DNA from: Amoebidium appalachense
Taxonomy: Eukaryota > Protista > Ichthyosporea
Reading direction: 5' to 3'
Assembly: GCA_963693365.1 (NCBI GenBank)
Contig: CAVNZM010000001.1
Span: forward strand, 10,380,161 to 10,444,160
Length of the DNA: 64,000 nucleotides
Shown here: in pieces, positions 56,764 to 64,000 of the stretch
Position numbering within the stretch: position 1 is the first letter of the stretch
Layout: each line of letters opens with the position of its first letter
The notes under the pieces: model-generated
What the model saw: the letters and a program-made list of their open reading frames with translations, nothing else
Told to the model about the DNA's origin: nothing
Databases searched by the model: none
Position numbers and translations under genes: made by a program

Positions 56764-57329
56764 AAATGTGCAACTATTTGTGCGTGTGTGCGAGCGTGCG
56801 TGCGTGCGTGCGTGTGTGTGTGTGTGTGTGTGTGTGTAGCTGCTCATTGTGCATGTATGTGCTCCTTAACCGAAGGTGTAATGTACAGTATCCAGTGTGT
56901 ATGTACGGTTTAGCTTTTTTAGAAAGTTTCCTCGGGACTCACATTTCGTTTTTCCTCCGTATTTTGTGACTTCTTTTTTTCTGTCCCGCAACCTCTTTCT
57001 TCTGGTTCTTTCCCTTTTTCCTGCAAACCCCTGAACAACATAAATATTTTTGCAAGGAGTAATGTGAAACTCCCCATTCGGGGGGACACGTTGTATGGTT
57101 TTATTGCCGTTTGGGAATTTTTTAGCAGCAACCGGTAAATACATGAACAGGTGACTGTGAACATCGAACACCGTGCATCAAATGGTAATGGCATAGGTTG
57201 ATGTGACCGAACTTCCTCCTACACGCCTCTTGTGTAGACTGGTATGCATCGTCAATATCATAATGATTATTTTGTTTAGAATTCTCTCCGGGGACCCACA
57301 ATGTCATCCCACGTGCCCATATGTTGGAG

Positions 57330-58073
57330 CATTTCAAAGGGCAGCAAAGCCATCTACCACCGCCTGCCCGCGTTCGCTCTTCAGTTCACGCACGTTAAGC
57401 CGAAAAACTTGTTGTGGTTGGCCGGGTTCGACGGGAGTGGACACCTGAAACCAAAGGGTACGTGGTCTGACTTCAGGCCATCGAGTGAGAGCGTAAGTTG
57501 GGAGCAAGGCGCCCGTGCCATCTCCTAATATCGTTTTGTGCGAGAATTTAAGGGTGTAAAAGACTGTTTTTGTGGCGAAAAAGTTCAAGTGGTGGTGTAC
57601 GTTCGTGTGATTGTGGAAGAAAAGAAGGTGTAAGCGTATCACTTCTAGTTTGATGGTGTGCCGGTGTGTTAAAGTCTCCTATTACTAAAAGGGGTTGTGT
57701 TTTGTCAGTGTGTCTAACTCTTTTTGAACTTCGCGAAGTGGGTACGTGGGTGAAAAGTACACAAAGGAACAAACATAACCACAGCCCGAAACCGGAAGTG
57801 TGTGTTTAGTGTGAGCTAATAAACGAGCACTTATTCTTAATATGGTCGGCAGCTACAAAAACTATACCCCGAGTTGCGTGGGTGTGTACCTACTGGTGGT
57901 TGTGCAGACTCAGCTATTAAACGGCCAGACTGATGTAAGACTGCATGCTGTTGCCAAAACGTTTCAACAACTATAATAAAAGGAAGCTGGTGTTGTGGAA
58001 GTTTGAGGAGGTCTTCTGCTTTCCTCCCTTTGAGGCTCTGGGCGTTCCAAAAGAGGAACCGTTACGGGAGCAT
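57330..58073 (-). mobile_element. Degraded non-LTR retrotransposon (LINE) AP-endonuclease fragment
   Basis: Minus-strand motifs appear in the right order across stops and frameshifts: FLFWNAQSLKGRK...FIIVVETFW (~58060-57955), PLLVIGDFNTP (~57695-57662), KSDHVP (~57473-57456), then FRLNVRELK. Confidence 0.8.
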
Positions 58074-58370
58074 TTTAGACACCGATTGCTTCATGGCCGG
58101 TCTGATGATGAGAGGCAGCACCCGGCTGCTGTCCCCGCAGGCCTCCACTGGGCCGCAAATAAATCACATGTACTGACTCCCAGCCCTGGGGCCATACACA
58201 TGAGATCAATACAGATAAGGCCCTCGGGCCCGAAAACAGAAATCATCCTCCCCCCCCCCCCCCCCCAACCCAAGCACTACTACCCTCAACCTAGCACTTA
58301 CAGCCCTGATCCATAAAGCTGAGAACAGCAGGCAAACGGCGAGGAAACAGAATGCGGGCGGGTGGGTGGG

Positions 58371-58526
58371 TCCTAAGAGAAGCGGCGAGGAAAAGACTGT
58401 TAAATTTGAGAGAAGCGAAAAACACGACTTTATAGTCGCTTCTACAGGAAGAGATGTGTGATGCCGATCATCACACCATCTTCTTCCGATTGGCGGATAA
58501 AATGAGTATTTACCAAATATATCATT
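58371..58526. repeat. ~150-bp direct repeat, left copy
   Basis: tcctaagagaagcggcgaggaaaagactgtt...aaatatatcatt matches 61822-61972 with two substitutions and one 5-nt indel. Confidence 0.93.
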
Positions 58527-59542
58527 TTAGACACCAAACTGCTATCTACGTCCAGTAAGACACAGCCGGCTAACATACACTATTATACAATTACGCTGGC
58601 TGGCTGGGGCTGTAAAATTATATAAGTATTTGGGACGGAAGCAGAGACACAGTGGTGCAGTGTGAAAACACCACAGACACACAACACGGAACGATCGGAG
58701 CAGTGTACACAACAGACATCAATGATGTTTAGACACGACTGAACTCAATTTATTTTTGATCTTCGAATAAATACCTGAAATTCCTTTAAGTCTAATCCAT
58801 ACATGATTTCCGACCAGTCGGAAATCAGATCTGTCTCTAATAGAAACCAATCACTGAGAACCAATTGCTTTCAGAGAGATCTGGTACGCGGAGACATACA
58901 CGATAGGACACAGACACTAGTTAAGATCAACTCGTGTCATTATCAAGGAAGTTCTAACCTATGACACACTGCAAAGACTCAGACATATCACACTTAACCT
59001 TGATGATTGGTTAAAGCCCGGCAACACATGAAAATTAAAGTGAATTAATGAAGTCTAATCACACATGTTATTCTAATTGTAGCCTAAGTGTGTTACCGTC
59101 CAATCAACACATATTAAGTAACACAAATCTACCTAACATATATTAGTAGAAAAGAAATACGATTATACACATGAAGACAAGGAGAGAAAGAAAAGAAAAT
59201 AAGGAAGGAGAAAGAGAAAGGAAAAGAGAGCACAGATCAACAAACAAGATAGTAATAGTATAACTATAACCAGAGATATTTATGTACACACAAACATGTA
59301 CACGTCTCTCCCTGAGTGGGTGGATCCGTGTACACACATATAAATATTCTAATCGATATTACAATACACGATTGAACCCGATACAACACGATTACAAGTA
59401 TACAAGCATATCGGAGATCGATGCTATACTTTACGTAATAGGAGTGTGGCATTTACACTAAGCATATGAACTGAAACGTAACACAAACTGAGAAGATCTT
59501 ACCATATGTAAATACTACGTATTACAACAGGGGCCCCTCAGC

Positions 59543-61433
59543 CTACCCAGGAACCGGGGTGCCGTCCAGACGAAATGCTTGCATACGCCACGGCCGCACC
59601 CCACGCGGGAAAATCACCTCAGAGGGGCGCAGAGGCACACTTGCCGAAGCCAACCCCTGAATGACGGGCCACCACGACGCCGTATCCCACACTGGAACGA
59701 CGAGGATGCCCGCTGCACCTTCCTGCTGCAGCTTGGCCACCGTTCGCTTGGTCAGCGGGAACGGAGACGCCCACCAGCTTGGTCTGTCCACGGCACCGCC
59801 AACCCGTCTGCCATCCCACCGGGGGCCCCTGCCCGGCCTGGGCTCACACATTAAACTCGGCCTTCACTGCCGAGGTGTGGGTGGCAAACCGATCGACTTT
59901 GGGCTGCATGCCCAGCAGCCACTCCACCCGCTCGACTGCCTCCGGCGTGACTTGCCACTCATGCCGGGGGTCCACCCGCGACAGCCAATCTGCTCGGTCG
60001 CTGAGCTCACCCGGGATGTAGGCCACCTCCTGTGGCCAAGGCAACCCGTGGTCGAGGCACAACTGCAGAAGCTGCCACAGAATGCGCTGCATCGAGGGGC
60101 TGCCGCTGCCCTTTTTCCGCACGGCCCCAAGGGCCGCCTGGGCATCGGCTTGCCACTGCACCCACTGCCCACGGAGGGCTTCCTGCAGGGCAGTGCTCTG
60201 ATAGGCCTCCAACAGGCCCTCACACTCCGCAATCGCCGCCGCACGCGGAGCGTCGTCGGCTGCCCACCTGCCCGCCGCCTCAAGCGCAGGGGCAGGGGAT
60301 CTCGCCACTGGAAGCACGGCCCCCCAGCCGTGTGTGGTGGCGGCATCCGAGATGAGCGTAGCCGTGACCGGGTTGGGGCATATCTCCGCCCGAGGCAACC
60401 GGCCAATGAACTGGGGCGTCCGACCGATAATCCGTAACTGACGCCCCGAAAGCCGAACGAAACTGCGCCAATTTCCCCCGCGTAGGGCGGCATACACTGG
60501 CCGCACCAAGGTCAGCACGTGGGGAGTGGCAGCCCGCGGACTCATGACCACCCCCAACCACCGGGCGACTTGCTTCTTTTCCACCCATCGCTTGCCCTTG
60601 CGAGCCTTGGCCATCACCCGCTTGGTCTCCTCCACCAGCTTTTCCATAGAGGTGGCGGTAGGGGTCAACACACCCGCGGCAAGGTCGACATGGATGCCTA
60701 GATGGTCGAGGTGGTCGGTGGGCTCCCACTGGCCCTTCTCCGTATTTCGGCTCAGGCCCGTTGCCTCGAGCTCCCCCTCAACAACACCGCGAGTTTGCAG
60801 TGCCTTTAGCGGCCGTTGGACGACCAACCAATCGTCCAAGAACGCTAACGTGCGCACACCGCGCCGGTGAAGACGCCGACCGAACTCCTTCATGAGCCGC
60901 GTGAAGTAGTATGGGCTGAGGGAATAGCCGAAAGGCAGCACAGTGTACTGATACAGCTGGCCGCGAACCCGAATCTGAAAATATTTACGCCATCGTGGCG
61001 CAATTGCCAGCGCAAAGTAGCCTAAGCCGTCCTCCAGGTCGAAACTGAAGCCGTGGTAACCTGGTTGAGCAATGACCTGCAGGTCACCGAGCGTCTCGTA
61101 CTTGAGGCCCCGCTGTACGGCATACTCATTCACTGGGCGCATGTCGATTATAAGCCGCACTTTACCGTTTAGTTTCCGCACCCCAAACGTGGTCGACACG
61201 CAATGCTTCCTGGACTCGTCGATGGGTTCAAGTGCGCCCTTACCCACTAAACGCGCAACTTCCACCAACGCCTCCTTCTCCGAAGCTTCGCCCAAGTCTA
61301 GGTACCTCCCCATGTCGTGGGGAGGTGGCGGCCCAGCGCACCATTCGGGTGTGATGCCATACTTAATCCAGAAGAGCACGTCCTTGGCTGCTCCACTGGC
61401 ACCGCGCGCCCACTCGTCGTGGCACGCACGCAC
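59543..61433 (-). mobile_element. DIRS-type (tyrosine-recombinase class) retrotransposon pol fragment: RT + RNase H + adenine-methyltransferase-like domain; gag and YR not seen
   Basis: FGVRKLNGKVRLIIDMRPVN, FSFDLEDG, YQYTVLPFGYSLSPYYFTR, LAFLDDWL, DHLGIHVD (RT); ISDAATTHGWGAVL, YIPGELSDRADWLSR (RNase H); VDRFAT and, after a frameshift, ILVVPVWDTASWWPVI (DIRS MT-like). GC-rich and intronless. Confidence 0.9.
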
Positions 61434-61807
61434 CCGTTGATAGATCGGTGCAGGTGCTACCCCGCCACCGGCTTACTGGGAGCACACATAACCGGCCGCC
61501 CCCGCACAGTCCACTGCTGCCGGGGCCCACACTAAGACTAGAGAGCAGCACACGTTGCTGCTGTACATGCTCACACGAGCAGCCCACACGGGCTAATGTT
61601 GCCAGACGTGCCTAGGTGCATATAGCTACACAAACAACCCCAAAACACAACCCGACTTGGGTTTTGCAAAAACTCATGAGCGCATCCGGTCTCAATGAAC
61701 TGCGGTTCCTGGGCCTATTATTATAGCTTAAGTCTAGGGACCTACACGACTGACTATAGCGCTCACTGCGCTCAAAAGCTTTGGTCTTGGTCACTAGACC
61801 GGCCTCA

Positions 61808-62924
61808 CTAACGCGCGCTTCTCCTAAGAGAAGCGGCGAGGAAAAGACTGTTTGAGAGAAGCGAAAAACACGACTTTATAGTCGCTTCTACAGGAAGAGA
61901 TGTGTGATGCCGATCATCACACCATCTTCTTCCGATTGGTGGATAAAATGAGTATTTACTAAATATATCATTAACGGGAGCCGGTGGTGTCGACACTGGT
62001 GATAAGACATTGGAGCCGTGAGTGACGGCCATGTTGTTTAAGCCGAATCGATCTGTATGATTCGCCGATAAACGCCGCGTCATTAGAGCACATGTACCAA
62101 GTATTTCGTTGTAGTCGATCAGGGGTTTACACACTTTTTATTGCGTGGACACTGCCGGAGGCCCAGCCACATTCGACGGCCTACTGCGTTTTCCAGCACA
62201 GCCAATCAAATGCAGCCAGTGACATATGTACATGCTAGGCAACAATGAGCGCCATCGTAGCATATGACACCCCTATTACATATTATGGGTAAGCAGAGGC
62301 TAGCATCGGTAGCTCCGAAAGAAAGTTAAGGCACCGGATCACAATATCATACTGTGCAGCATTAATAAGATGATCTAGGATAGTCATCTTAAAACGGATA
62401 TATTGAGGAAGAGAGGAAGAAAAGAGAATAAAACCGCCAATAACCTCCGGTTCTAATACGTTAGCTAACAGGTTGCACTTATTGATAGATATGCAGCCGC
62501 GAGTAAACCGCCCCCCACACATATCACACATACGAGCAGGAGACACCAGAAACCGATTACACCGCCAATCCATAATCATCTTTGCGTCTTTACACCACAC
62601 CACATTACGAATAAACGAATCTATGTATGAACGAGACTCTCTAACCGTATCCGCCATATAGGCTACTAGTAGTTGGTGTTTTTGCGGTCCTAACACCGGA
62701 AGGGACTCAACACGTAGAGTAAAAAGATATCTATCAGCCATAGACTTGAAACTATTCATATTCACACTATGATCTAGTAGCCGTACCTCCGGTGGGGTCG
62801 CCAGCCATTCCACATAACGCTCGGCAATGGGCAGAGACGATGGGGAAGGGAAGAGGTAGAGGGGCGAGTCCGGCGGGCATGCGTGTAGCCGGAAGAGCGG
62901 GTGGTCCGGGGCACAAGCAGACAA
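61808..62924 (-). pseudogene. Intronless orphan ORF (213 aa open, 62924-62283) with a possible decayed continuation; unknown product
   Basis: Non-repetitive, protein-like ORF (…SPARMCDMCGGRFTRGC…) followed by stop-broken coding-like sequence down to 61808. I do not recognise the family. Confidence 0.4.
61822..61972. repeat. ~150-bp direct repeat, right copy
   Basis: Matches 58371-58526. Confidence 0.93.
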
Positions 62925-63059
62925 GGTTTTATTTGTGGAGTTTTATTGACATAAATATTTTTCTGGGTAAACACGTAGGATGGGTGTCCGATATCAACAT
63001 AACCACTGGCATGTAGGCTTCGTTTCGTGTTTTAGCAGCTCGCGTTCGGCTGCCCGCAT

Positions 63060-63220
63060 ACGGGCACCTATTAGCCGATCAAAACATCAGATTCCACAGA
63101 TCACTAGACCGAGTTTTGGTTGGCTCAAGATCAGATTTCAACATAACACTAGATCAATTTTGATTGGCTCAGATCGGGAGCCTTAGGTATATAAGCACGA
63201 CAGTTTTTAGCAGATCAGCA
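63060..63220 (+). promoter_or_regulatory. Promoter-like segment: inverted CCAAT (gattggctc), TATA (gtatataagc) and clustered AGATC
   Basis: ggttggctc ~63118, gattggctc ~63162, TATATAA ~63188, and five AGATC within ~130 bp. Confidence 0.4.
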
Positions 63221-64000
63221 AGCAACAGACACATCTTCTGTGTTTGGCACCTACAGCTTTACAGCTATATTTTCTTTTCACCCACCCACCCACACCCAAC
63301 ACTCAACCCCCATTGATCCGGGGGGGGCACTAGAGATATCTTCACTCAGCCCCCTCTCTCCTCTACTTCCCAGATTATTAACCCAGCTTCGAACTGCTAA
63401 TTATTAACCCAGATGTTGTACGAAGAATGTGATGTTTACTCCTAAGAACATTAATCCGAAGTGTAAGTAACCTAATTTTTCACTAATTGTACTTCCTGTC
63501 ATTACACCACATCAATGGTAAATACCCATGAATACAGCAAATACTGCACCCATTGAAAGTACATAATGGAAATGCTAGTGCACTAAATTTTTAATGAAAC
63601 TTGCGCATCATTCAATTCATACACTATGGACTATGTCTTCATCTCATTTGAAAAGATGGTTGGCGTGTAGTCTCTGAGAATTCTACTAATAGATGTTTCA
63701 TCTACTTTGGTGTTCTGCTAATTGTACCTCATGTACATCATTGTTACTCCTATCAAACACGTAGTTAGCTTGCGTCCGGCACTTTAACTATTATAGGGCC
63801 TGTTACCACATCTGAACCACGATAGCTACCAATTCAAACTAGAGTCTCAATTGAGTCCCCGCTCGTTTTGTACTCTGTCGTTAAGACCAATAGTCAGCCC
63901 TTTTTAAATTAAAGAGGGCCTTTTAATTTTTAATAGCCTGCTCTTGCCATGAGACTGCAAGTTAAAATAGTACTAATTTTACAAAGATAAGAGTAGATGA

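Noticed and set aside
57301-58316. Plus-strand ORFs 57301-57528 and 57945-58316
   Set aside because: They are antisense to the LINE endonuclease relic.
59579-61535. Overlapping plus-strand and alternative-frame ORFs in the DIRS region as gag or tyrosine recombinase
   Set aside because: These are shadow ORFs of GC-rich sequence; I found no R-H-R-H-Y recombinase or gag motifs.

Overview
Eukaryotic, very intron-rich and microsatellite-rich DNA. Most ORF-track entries are artefacts of (CA)n/(GT)n and poly-C/poly-G. An animal-like ERK and an FN2 module point to a unicellular holozoan such as an ichthyosporean (inference, not provable here). I rebuilt the genes by hand from GT-AG boundaries and phase checks. 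(1) A minus-strand ERK-type MAP kinase with 8 exons in the window; its 3' end runs off the window. (2) A 25-exon, ~983-aa plus-strand gene (8024-29219) that joins an N-terminal type-II membrane anchor, a GT8 glycosyltransferase and a catalytically intact tubulin-tyrosine-ligase-like (TTL/TTLL, ATP-grasp) domain. A fibronectin type II module is inserted in the TTL part on a symmetric phase-1 exon. This is the best candidate for an undescribed system: a luminal sugar-transfer plus amino-acid-ligation enzyme. (3) An intronless, disabled C2H2 zinc-finger array. (4) Satellite arrays at 37.6-40.4 kb. (5) An 18-exon, ~719-aa gene with a membrane anchor, five KH domains and a WG-containing tail. (6) A transposon graveyard: a LINE endonuclease remnant, a DIRS-type RT-RNaseH-methyltransferase fragment between ~150-bp direct repeats, and an orphan intronless ORF. 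Two recurring architectural patterns are also visible: acceptors made of (CA)n-AG facing complementary (GT)n/poly-G 5' intron halves, and 'echo' copies of exon 3' ends with their donor sites. Single-base homopolymer frameshifts in two conserved exons suggest long-read errors, so homopolymer lengths are unreliable.
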